Below, one piece after another: positions 36,244 through 43,904 of a stretch of 64,000 bases of DNA. Source of the DNA: a virus (taxonomy: Duplodnaviria; Caudoviricetes); IMG/VR virus record IMGVR_UViG_3300042013_000067, positions 219,623 to 283,622 of that record, one strand, 5' to 3'. The position numbers were made by a program, and so were the translations under genes. The notes beneath the pieces are model-generated. The model made no database searches, was not told the DNA's origin, and saw nothing but the letters and a program-made list of their open reading frames with translations. Positions within the stretch are counted from its first letter, which is position 1; each line of letters starts with the position of its first letter.

Positions 36244-36315
36244 GAAACCTCCGATGTTTTCAGTTTGTTGGGTGGTCCACGGTATTAACCGATCGAGACC
36301 ACCCTACTGCGCGGA

Positions 36316-39225
36316 TTAAGTAGACCCGACGTTCGGCATGTCTCTGAAGATAGCCGTAGTACCAGCCAACCCAGCTTGGGTACATACCCAGCCCATTGGC
36401 GTGTTAGGTGCAGCACCGGGCTGCCAGATACGAGTACCCGCGGCGTAGTAGAACCCGTTAACTGGCTTCACCGTGGAGTGATGTTCGGTACAGCTAACCA
36501 CCACCCACTCAGCAGGTGATGCGCCAACCTGGAAAACCCGGAGCAACGTAACCATCCCGAACTGCGGGACTGTTAAGTTACCCAACCCGTTCAGAGAAAT
36601 ATTCCCTGTGTTGGTTAACGTAAGAGTGCCGTTCAGTGGCCGTATCATCACGGTTTCACCCGGCGCTGCTGTAGCGGTAAGGTTAGCCAACTTAACCGTA
36701 GGGTCTGGACCTGGGTTGAACACTGCGTACTTGTGGGCCTTTATATCCAGCGTCGTGCCATCGACAAGTAAGGTCTTGTTGGAAGCCGCTTTAAACTTAC
36801 CGAGGGTATTCCCCGAAGGCATGCCTTTTAGATTCAGCCCGATGATAGCGTTGAAGTCCACTAGGGGATCAAGGTAGTTATCCACGATGCCTTGGAATTC
36901 ATTGTCATGAGCGAACGACAGATACGAGTTACCACTGAGGGTGTAGATATAACCACTGGTAACCTCAGGGAGGAACCGAGTACCATCGGCTGCGTTAGCA
37001 AGGTGGTTCTTCGATACGTGTACCTGGGCGTTAGTGGCCAAGGTGAACAGTTTACCGATACCTTCAAACCAGCACTCTTGAAAGAAGATCGATCGGCAGT
37101 TCCGTGCATAAGCCCCGTATTGGGATTTCTGCATGGAGAACTCACTACCGAACGTGACGTTGATCGGCGACAGCACCGCAGTAGCTTGACCCGGTACGTG
37201 CGCAGGGTCTTCACCTTGGTTAGCCGCAGGATCAGCCATGGTCGATGGATCCGGATCCCAGTCCAACGTAACACAACGCCAAGCTGTAACCCCGTCACGG
37301 CCTTCAGCAGAACCACCACGGAAGTCGATCTGTCCATGCTGACCCGTCATACGCAGCGCTTCACCACCCGCAGGAACTTGGAAGAACACCTTGTCGAAGG
37401 TCAGGAACTGAATTGGACGTTTGTAGTTGTTGTTGGTGTAACCACCACGAGTCCAGCCACCTTTATTAAAGTTGGAGAACCGTACATCACGGAGTTCGGA
37501 GAACCACCAGCCACCGTGGAAGTAAGCATCATCCCATTGGGCCTTAGCATACAGACCCCATTGGTCGGCGTTCAAGGTAGGTTGGGCGTGTCCTGGAATT
37601 ACACTGCCTTGGAAGTGGATGCCCACGATGTGAGAAGACGACACCGCACCCTTATCGATCTCGACCATGCCATACGGCACAGCGGAACTGCGTGGCAACG
37701 CGGTGATATAGGTAGCACTCGAACCGTCACCTAGGTCACTGACCGAGTGCAGTTTAGTGAACACGCTATGCGGATAAGTACCGGCAGGGTATCTCACCCA
37801 ACCACCACCCTTGGATTTTACATAGGCCGTGGCTGCATTTCGGGCCGGAGTCCAGTCCCAAGTGCTAGGCGCCAGCGTTGGTTTGTCGATAATGCGATCC
37901 GCGTATTCCCAAATATTGACCGTGAGACCGGACAACATGAGGTTTACCGAGGTAATGGTATCCGCCACCACCGAACGGCGAAAGCCCAGTCCATCTGATG
38001 CACTCGGATCGGCTAATCCACTGATACCTTCCGCTACTACGGTTTCAGCTTCAGTCACTGCTTGTTGTGCTGCGTTGGCCGCAGCCTCAGCTGCTATTTT
38101 AGCAGTCACCGACTCCAGTGCATCAGCTTGGGTTTCGGTAACCGAGGACAAGGAGTCAATAGCAAACGCTTCAGCAGCATCTCTTGCAGCCACTGATTGA
38201 GTTACTGACTCTTGAGCCGTATTGGCCGCCGTGCCAGCCTCAATGACGAGATCTTCAACAGCCTCTTTGGCGGTCAGTGCTTCCAGTACGAAGCCCTGCG
38301 TCTCTTCGACCGACCCCAGCGCGGCAATGGCAAAGGCTTCAGCGGAGTCCCGTGCTGTAAGAGATTGTGCGGCTAGATCTTGGGTTGTGATGACGGCGGT
38401 ATCAACGACGGCTTTGGCGTCGGTGGCTTGCTGGGCAGCAGTTTGTGCCGTACCTGCTGCTGCTACAGCAGTGTCTCTCGCATCATCGACGCCCGTGGCT
38501 GCCTCTTGTGCTGCGGCAACTAAGGTTGTGATGTCACCGATGGTGGCAGCAGCCTCTTGTGCAGCTTGCATTGTAGCATCCCTAGCCGCTGTCACTAGGG
38601 GAATAGCCTCTTCAACAGTATCTGCGGCTGCTGTCACCATCGCCACAGCATCACCGATCTGACCCACCACGGTCATCGCTGTATTAGCAAACCCTTCGGC
38701 TGCTGTACGGGCGTCTACGGCCAATGTAGCCGAGTCTTGGGCACTGGCGGCAAAACCTTCTGCCGCATCTTTGGCTGCCGTGACTGTTCCGACGGTTTGC
38801 TGCACTTGTTGCGCGGCCTGCCGGGTCGTGGCGGCAGACTCATAGACCTCAAGTAAAACACGGTCCAATTCTTCTTGCAGGCCCTCGACAATACCGATAC
38901 TGACTTCGGTCCATTGTCCAACGCCTTCGTTATCGGCCACGAAAACACGGCCGTACATAGACGCATCGCGGGAGTACAGCGCATCAGTGCACTCCAGCCA
39001 TTGTTCTAAGGTGCCTACAAACCCATTGCTAACGGCAAACTCGTAGGCAGTAGCCGCCGCCTTGAGTTTACTGGATAGCACCCGGTAGTTCTTATATGCG
39101 CCGGTGGTGTCGCGCTTAATCACCTCTACGTATTCATCCCCAGACACGGTCTGTAGGATGGGAAAACCCGACAGTTTACTCGGGTTCACAATAGCGCCAG
39201 TTACCGGGTCAGTTGTAACGGTCAT
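36316..39225 (-). CDS. long tail fibre/tailspike TSP6 with coiled-coil stalk (969 aa)
   Basis: About 280-aa Ala/Thr-rich heptad stalk, VNIWEYA...WDWTPA...GGG.VRYPAGTY pectate-lyase-3-like beta-helix. Confidence 0.82.
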   Translation of the reverse strand: MTVTTDPVTGAIVNPSKLSGFPILQTVSGDEYVEVIKRDTTGAYKNYRVLSSKLKAAATAYEFAVSNGFVGTLEQWLECTDALYSRDASMYGRVFVADNEGVGQWTEVSIGIVEGLQEELDRVLLEVYESAATTRQAAQQVQQTVGTVTAAKDAAEGFAASAQDSATLAVDARTAAEGFANTAMTVVGQIGDAVAMVTAAADTVEEAIPLVTAARDATMQAAQEAAATIGDITTLVAAAQEAATGVDDARDTAVAAAGTAQTAAQQATDAKAVVDTAVITTQDLAAQSLTARDSAEAFAIAALGSVEETQGFVLEALTAKEAVEDLVIEAGTAANTAQESVTQSVAARDAAEAFAIDSLSSVTETQADALESVTAKIAAEAAANAAQQAVTEAETVVAEGISGLADPSASDGLGFRRSVVADTITSVNLMLSGLTVNIWEYADRIIDKPTLAPSTWDWTPARNAATAYVKSKGGGWVRYPAGTYPHSVFTKLHSVSDLGDGSSATYITALPRSSAVPYGMVEIDKGAVSSSHIVGIHFQGSVIPGHAQPTLNADQWGLYAKAQWDDAYFHGGWWFSELRDVRFSNFNKGGWTRGGYTNNNYKRPIQFLTFDKVFFQVPAGGEALRMTGQHGQIDFRGGSAEGRDGVTAWRCVTLDWDPDPSTMADPAANQGEDPAHVPGQATAVLSPINVTFGSEFSMQKSQYGAYARNCRSIFFQECWFEGIGKLFTLATNAQVHVSKNHLANAADGTRFLPEVTSGYIYTLSGNSYLSFAHDNEFQGIVDNYLDPLVDFNAIIGLNLKGMPSGNTLGKFKAASNKTLLVDGTTLDIKAHKYAVFNPGPDPTVKLANLTATAAPGETVMIRPLNGTLTLTNTGNISLNGLGNLTVPQFGMVTLLRVFQVGASPAEWVVVSCTEHHSTVKPVNGFYYAAGTRIWQPGAAPNTPMGWVCTQAGLAGTTAIFRDMPNVGST

Positions 39226-39412
39226 AGCACATCCTCCTTGGTGTTATGGGAGACGGTTAAGTCAGTCTCACATCTTCACTATACACTTCACCCGTTGATA
39301 ACGAACAAAGGTCACGAAGTCTCTGGTTAAAATGTTTATCACATATCTTTAGCGAGATTTTACATGAGCCCTTTATGGTCTGTTACCTTTATAACTAACA
39401 CGAGTTATTCCC

Positions 39413-39679
39413 ATGTTTGACGTAAACACCCGCACTGACTACGATCACCTCATGCAACATAACCGTTTCGTCATCGATAAAGATGTTGTCGTATGCAGTA
39501 CTTGTTATGGTAATTGTGGTCAATGCGGAGTAGGCAGACATCAATCGGATTGCCAACAGTACTACGATGAACACCCCGAGGAATTCAAACTAGTAAGTAA
39601 GCTTAAGACCATCCACTATCCATCGCCAATGGTCGTGTTGATGAGTCTAGCGACTATTATTCACACCTTCTTTCAATAA
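39413..39679 (+). CDS. small Cys-rich protein with C-terminal hydrophobic segment
   Basis: CSTCYGNCGQC motif. Confidence 0.7.
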   Translation: MFDVNTRTDYDHLMQHNRFVIDKDVVVCSTCYGNCGQCGVGRHQSDCQQYYDEHPEEFKLVSKLKTIHYPSPMVVLMSLATIIHTFFQ

Positions 39680-39688
39680 GGAGCTATC

Positions 39689-40147
39689 ATGTTACTAAAA
39701 CGCTTTCGTTTCTGGAAAACAGAAAACCAATACTCAGGTCGTTGTCCAGCCGGCATGGCTGAAGACAGCCATGGTGTATATTGCTTAGTGGAAGATGTGC
39801 GTGATGATATTAAGTGCGCTCAGGAAATGCGTGGGTTCGATCAGCGGGCGAAAGCGATGGGACACGTATCAATCGAAGCACTGCTTATAGCAGCAGAAGC
39901 AGAGTACACGACTAAGCAGGAGCAGCAACCGCGCCTTATTCCGTCGGACGACGTCGAACATTTCCTGTGCGTACCGGAAGGTGAGCGTCAGGTGTCGTTC
40001 CTTGTCACGACTGTAACCGATAAGTGGATCCAACTACGGGTCAGCGATGTCCTAGATATCCGTGTGGGTTACGCCAACTACGAACCGAAGGAAAACTCTT
40101 TGGTTTGGATCGATGATGATTATCGAATCTTAATAACACAGCAATAA
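39689..40147 (+). CDS. hypothetical protein (152 aa)
   Basis: TAAGGAG SD. Confidence 0.8.
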   Translation: MLLKRFRFWKTENQYSGRCPAGMAEDSHGVYCLVEDVRDDIKCAQEMRGFDQRAKAMGHVSIEALLIAAEAEYTTKQEQQPRLIPSDDVEHFLCVPEGERQVSFLVTTVTDKWIQLRVSDVLDIRVGYANYEPKENSLVWIDDDYRILITQQ

Positions 40148-40170
40148 CGTTAAATATACAGGACGGAACC

Positions 40171-40497
40171 ATGCTGACTAAACCTACACCACCTAAGATC
40201 AAAGAGCTGTATGCACGTGCCATGTCTGTGTTTGACAGTGAGCTTGTTCATGGGGTCTTCTCCAGTGAAATCACTGTAGTAGTTGACCGTAAGCCGGGCA
40301 CTACCCAACACGACCTGTGGTTCTACAACTTCAGCAAAAGCCACGAACGCTTTGCGATGCTCACTCAAGGGGGTGAGTATTTGATCATGGATTCGGGGTT
40401 GTTGGAGAATATCGTCCTGAACACCATGAAAGGACTACCCCACGCAATCCAAGATGTAGTCGACTGGGTTCGCACTGTCAGAATGCACGGCAAATAA
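40171..40497 (+). CDS. hypothetical protein (108 aa)
   Basis: Co-oriented ORF with SD-like GGA. Confidence 0.75.
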   Translation: MLTKPTPPKIKELYARAMSVFDSELVHGVFSSEITVVVDRKPGTTQHDLWFYNFSKSHERFAMLTQGGEYLIMDSGLLENIVLNTMKGLPHAIQDVVDWVRTVRMHGK

Positions 40498-40511
40498 GCT
40501 TAATGTTATAT

Positions 40512-40614
40512 GCAGTCGTATTGCTTTAGGCATCTTGAGAACCTTATCTAATCTCATGGCTGGTGTGCGTACCCGTCCGCCAATACACCAGTAGGACTTA
40601 GGTCCCACGACTGC
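40512..40614 (+). ncRNA. candidate multi-branch structured RNA upstream of nuclease
   Basis: Closing stem GCAGTCGT/ACGACTGC enclosing TGAGA/TCTCA, CTGGTGT/ACACCAG and GGAC/GTCC hairpins. Confidence 0.4.
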
Positions 40615-40642
40615 GCCTAATTACCGGAGAGATCGCGTCCCC

Positions 40643-41095
40643 ATGAAATACAAAGCGCTACTCGTAACGCTGGCATTGCTAGTACCTAGTCTGGCCCATG
40701 CCTACTCGCAGGACATCGTCCTGTCTACGATGAACGTAGACCATGTGTACGACGGCGATACGATAAACGTCGACCTGCCTGGACAGCATGACTTGTTCGG
40801 TAAAGAGATTGGGGTGCGGCTTAAGGGGATCAATACTCCAGAAATGACCAGTCGCTGCCCTACCCCCGAACAACGAGTTGCGGAGAAGGCAAAAGCAGTA
40901 GCTGCAAAAAGTCTGGTTGAAGCTATGGTAGCAGCGGGCAAGCGGGTCACGTTGACGAATCTGGAGCGTGATAAGTACTTCCGCATCTTAGCCACGGTGC
41001 AGATCGATGATCGTGATGTAGGTACTGCTTTGATCGAACAGGGTTTGGCCGACCCCTATACCGGCGGTACTAAGGTCAGTTGGTGTGGTCGCTAA
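40643..41095 (+). CDS. thermonuclease (SNase-like) with N-terminal signal peptide
   Basis: MKYKALLVTLALLVPSLAHA signal peptide; VYDGDT, VRLKGINTPE, RDKYFRILA, LIEQGLA.PY.GG motifs. Confidence 0.88.
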   Translation: MKYKALLVTLALLVPSLAHAYSQDIVLSTMNVDHVYDGDTINVDLPGQHDLFGKEIGVRLKGINTPEMTSRCPTPEQRVAEKAKAVAAKSLVEAMVAAGKRVTLTNLERDKYFRILATVQIDDRDVGTALIEQGLADPYTGGTKVSWCGR

Positions 41096-41105
41096 TAACC
41101 ATCTT

Positions 41106-41129
41106 GCCCGCTTCGGCGGGCATTATGCC
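41106..41129 (+). terminator. hairpin with UUCG loop (family)
   Basis: GCCCGC-TTCG-GCGGGC-ATTATGCC. Confidence 0.75.
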
Positions 41130-41160
41130 GCCTATCACCTGAATGCACTTTATTTGAGAA

Positions 41161-41179
41161 CTATATTGTCGTTGTGAAT
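41161..41179 (+). promoter_or_regulatory. early-type promoter motif
   Basis: CTATATTGT-cgtt-GTGAAT. Confidence 0.6.
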
Positions 41180-41217
41180 AAGGAACAATAATGTTCCATT
41201 CACTAGGAGGCAATACC

Positions 41218-41394
41218 ATGTTCTTTAATCTCTTCCGTAAGGGTTCTCCCGAACACCGCGTTCTGCATACGCGTCTGGCTTCGGCTAAACGCGCCTTGGT
41301 TCGTGCGATGCGTATCCACGGTGTAAACTCTGACCGCGCCCGTGAATTCGATAAGCTTATCGATAAGCTGGAAGCGGAGTTGGCGCATGCTTGA
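41218..41394 (+). CDS. small basic helical protein (58 aa)
   Basis: AGGAGG SD; flanked by promoter motif and terminator. Confidence 0.8.
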   Translation: MFFNLFRKGSPEHRVLHTRLASAKRALVRAMRIHGVNSDRAREFDKLIDKLEAELAHA

Positions 41395-41401
41395 TAGAAG
41401 C

Positions 41402-41431
41402 GGCATAAAGCCCCACCGTCAAGGTGGGGCT
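41402..41431. terminator. bidirectional hairpin (family)
   Basis: GGCATAAAGCCCCACC-gtcaa-GGTGGGGC between convergent genes. Confidence 0.8.
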
Positions 41432-41454
41432 ATCTACCGTTTTCTTTTTTTTGC

Positions 41455-41670
41455 TTAGAACGGCCGTTCACCGCTACCCATCGGTTGATTACCTAACCAA
41501 ACTTCAGTTGAAGGTTTTTCATCGTCCTCTTCACGAATCTCTTCGATGTCAGACTTGATGAAGTCCTTGATGGTTTCTTCCGGGAGATCCTTCTCTTCCC
41601 CGAATTCACGGACCCGTTGGATGGCTTCGCCGATCTTGGCCCCTTTACTCTTCTCTTCTTTATCGCTCAT
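41455..41670 (-). CDS. small acidic protein
   Basis: GAGG SD before ATG 41670; E/D/K-rich. Confidence 0.7.
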   Translation of the reverse strand: MSDKEEKSKGAKIGEAIQRVREFGEEKDLPEETIKDFIKSDIEEIREEDDEKPSTEVWLGNQPMGSGERPF

Positions 41671-41678
41671 GGTAAACC

Positions 41679-42608
41679 TCAACGAATGGATCGATCAATC
41701 CAACGGCACGATGCAAGGACGACGTCCCCGAAGTACCGCCGAACAATGGCAAAATCTTCACAGCTCCAATAAGTAATCGGAACGTCCAACCGACGGGACA
41801 ACAGCACCCACTCGCTCAAAGAACGCCTCGAATCCTTGGGCATCTTTGGATTCTTACTGTGGGACAGTTGAATCAGTTGTTGGGTGGCCACACTACCCAC
41901 TACGGCGTAACCAGCCCGCATGATGTCGTCCCCAACCTTAACTAGCTCTTCCAGTTTACTGACCAATAAACGAACAGTCGCCTCTACCTCTTTCTTATTA
42001 AGAGGGCGCAGTGTAGCCGGTATCGCCACAGGTGGTTTGACCATACCGAAATTGACCGGGATTTGACGGTTACCCACGGGGAAGATCCGCGACTCACGAC
42101 GCAAGTACGTCGAGGGTTCTGGAATAGAACGCATCAAGGTAAGGGCTGCTTGCAGGTTACGGTCAGTAAGCCCAGACTCAATAGCACGCACTACAGGACG
42201 CATGTTCTGGAAATAGGTGGTAACCCCCTCCAACCATGCCTTATGCTGCGCCAGCGTGAAGTCAGCAGCCTCTGTGAGCACACGTATAAGCTGCCCCGGT
42301 TCAATGTCGGTGAGATAGGGTACAATGTCCCCAGCCTCTACCTTATCCCGGTTCCAGTTCTGTCGTGACAACCACGTCGTGTCGCCGTATTGACGGCTAA
42401 TAGCGGTAATGGTTGATTTGAAGTTGTAGGTGTGTTCGAGCTTGACGGGTTTGTAGTCATCCCCTTTCATGCTCTTACCCAGCTTACCGAAAATAAAGTC
42501 CTTGGCTTTATCGAAAAAACCTTCTTGAGAGAGCACTAACTGCTCCATCGATACGCGACTCTCGGTGTTTAAGTCAATGTTACCATCGAGCCATTTATCC
42601 AAGTCCAT
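41679..42608 (-). CDS. phiKZ-like internal head/virion protein (processed paralogue)
   Basis: VSME...LSQEGFF propeptide motif; Y....WL motif as in 23030-24933. Confidence 0.65.
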   Translation of the reverse strand: MDLDKWLDGNIDLNTESRVSMEQLVLSQEGFFDKAKDFIFGKLGKSMKGDDYKPVKLEHTYNFKSTITAISRQYGDTTWLSRQNWNRDKVEAGDIVPYLTDIEPGQLIRVLTEAADFTLAQHKAWLEGVTTYFQNMRPVVRAIESGLTDRNLQAALTLMRSIPEPSTYLRRESRIFPVGNRQIPVNFGMVKPPVAIPATLRPLNKKEVEATVRLLVSKLEELVKVGDDIMRAGYAVVGSVATQQLIQLSHSKNPKMPKDSRRSLSEWVLLSRRLDVPITYWSCEDFAIVRRYFGDVVLASCRWIDRSIR

Positions 42609-42642
42609 AAGAACCTCCCGTTAAAACACACATGATTAGCTG

Positions 42643-42680
42643 GACATAGGCCCCTCCCGTAGTGGGAGGGGCTTTATGCC
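42643..42680. terminator. hairpin (RCATA/TATGY family)
   Basis: GACATAGGCCCCTCCC-gtagt-GGGAGGGGCTTTATGCC. Confidence 0.8.
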
Positions 42681-42681
42681 G

Positions 42682-43173
42682 TCAGAAGACGAAGTTAGCA
42701 GGGTTGTAATTCGCTTCCAGACGAACACGCTCTGGGCGTCGTACAGGTTGTTTAGGGCGTGTTACGATGCGGTAGGTGTGGATGCCAGCCATGATCGTCG
42801 CACGCTTCGTAGGAGACACCTTAAGCACCTCCATGGCCTCAGCCAAGATGCTGTCGATCTCTGCACGGTCGATATCAACCTTGGTGACTACGCCATTGAC
42901 TTCCACGTACTTGTAGTAAGTGTTGCACAAGCGATCATGCAACAACACCGCTTGGCCATAACTGCCCCAAGCAGGGATCAGTGCGTTGACAGGAAACGGT
43001 ACGGTGGCGCCGTCAGACAGTACACCCGCTTCGACATCCACCCATTCCTTGGAGCCTTCAGCTCCAATGTAGAAACGGAAGAACCCGAGGTTGCGCCAAT
43101 AGTCTTTGCCTAGAATCGCCGATGCTTGGGCATCATAGGTAATCGCGGCGTGTGCTTTAGTAAAACTACTCAT
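42682..43173 (-). CDS. DUF1353-like protein
   Basis: G..SDGATVP....L...G.Y..AV..HD.L....R.E.D.IL.EAM..L.V pattern; start revised to ATG 43173. Confidence 0.75.
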   Translation of the reverse strand: MSSFTKAHAAITYDAQASAILGKDYWRNLGFFRFYIGAEGSKEWVDVEAGVLSDGATVPFPVNALIPAWGSYGQAVLLHDRLCNTYYKYVEVNGVVTKVDIDRAEIDSILAEAMEVLKVSPTKRATIMAGIHTYRIVTRPKQPVRRPERVRLEANYNPANFVF

Positions 43174-43648
43174 GTTTATTCCTTGTCCAGTGCTGGAAGC
43201 AGAGTGATATCCCTTGCTTAGTGCAAACATGCTCTGCCGATTGCAGGTTCCAGACTGGGGCCTCGATAGCAAAGGGTAGAAATGCATCCCCCTCTACGTC
43301 TAAGCCGACTACAGTCAGGTAGATCTCATCGATCCGGTCCTCGAAGGCCTTATAGACCTCACTGCCGCCAATGATGAAAACTTGTTTGCCGTTCAGATGG
43401 GATGGCAGATGGGGTTCATGCAGCAGTGTAACCCCATCGATAGGTGTGGTGTTGCGGGTAAGGACGTAGTTCTCACGACCGGGCAGTGGACGACCAATGG
43501 ATGCGTAGGTCTTACGTCCCATCACCACAGGGCAACCCATCGTAGTGCGCTTGAAAAAGGCTAAGTCTTCCGGGCAGTGCCACGGTAAAGCATTACCCTG
43601 CCCAATCACACCGGCTGGGGTGGCTGCTACGATCATGTTGATGGTCAT
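43166..43648 (-). CDS. folA: dihydrofolate reductase
   Basis: MIVA...GVIG.GN.LPW..PEDL.FFK..T.G..VVMGRKTY.SIGRPLPGREN; IIGG..VY; EGDAF. Confidence 0.96.
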   Translation of the reverse strand: MTINMIVAATPAGVIGQGNALPWHCPEDLAFFKRTTMGCPVVMGRKTYASIGRPLPGRENYVLTRNTTPIDGVTLLHEPHLPSHLNGKQVFIIGGSEVYKAFEDRIDEIYLTVVGLDVEGDAFLPFAIEAPVWNLQSAEHVCTKQGISLCFQHWTRNKHE

Positions 43649-43904
43649 TACCCTATCCTATCGTTGGTTTAAATGTGCCTTTTTGGCATCCATTTAGGGT
43701 TAGAATCACCCATACCGTTAGTTGCGCGGCTCAGCATGGAAAAGTACCAATCCTATGCTCGAAAATTAAAACAAGAATTCCATAGGCGCACACGGCTTTA
43801 CTCTGTGATTTTTTACTTATTGGGCTCTTCATATGAATTTGGTTTTCAATCCAAAAATTGAATAGTCCGCCAACACTTAAAGTTTCGATAGGCATCAGAA
43901 ACCC

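Noticed and set aside
43673-43861. 62-aa ORF and palindromes (TTCATATGAA, TTCAAT/ATTGAA) in the folA-nrdA divergent gap
   Set aside because: No SD for the ORF; the palindromes are short and AT-rich, and I could not match them to an NrdR box
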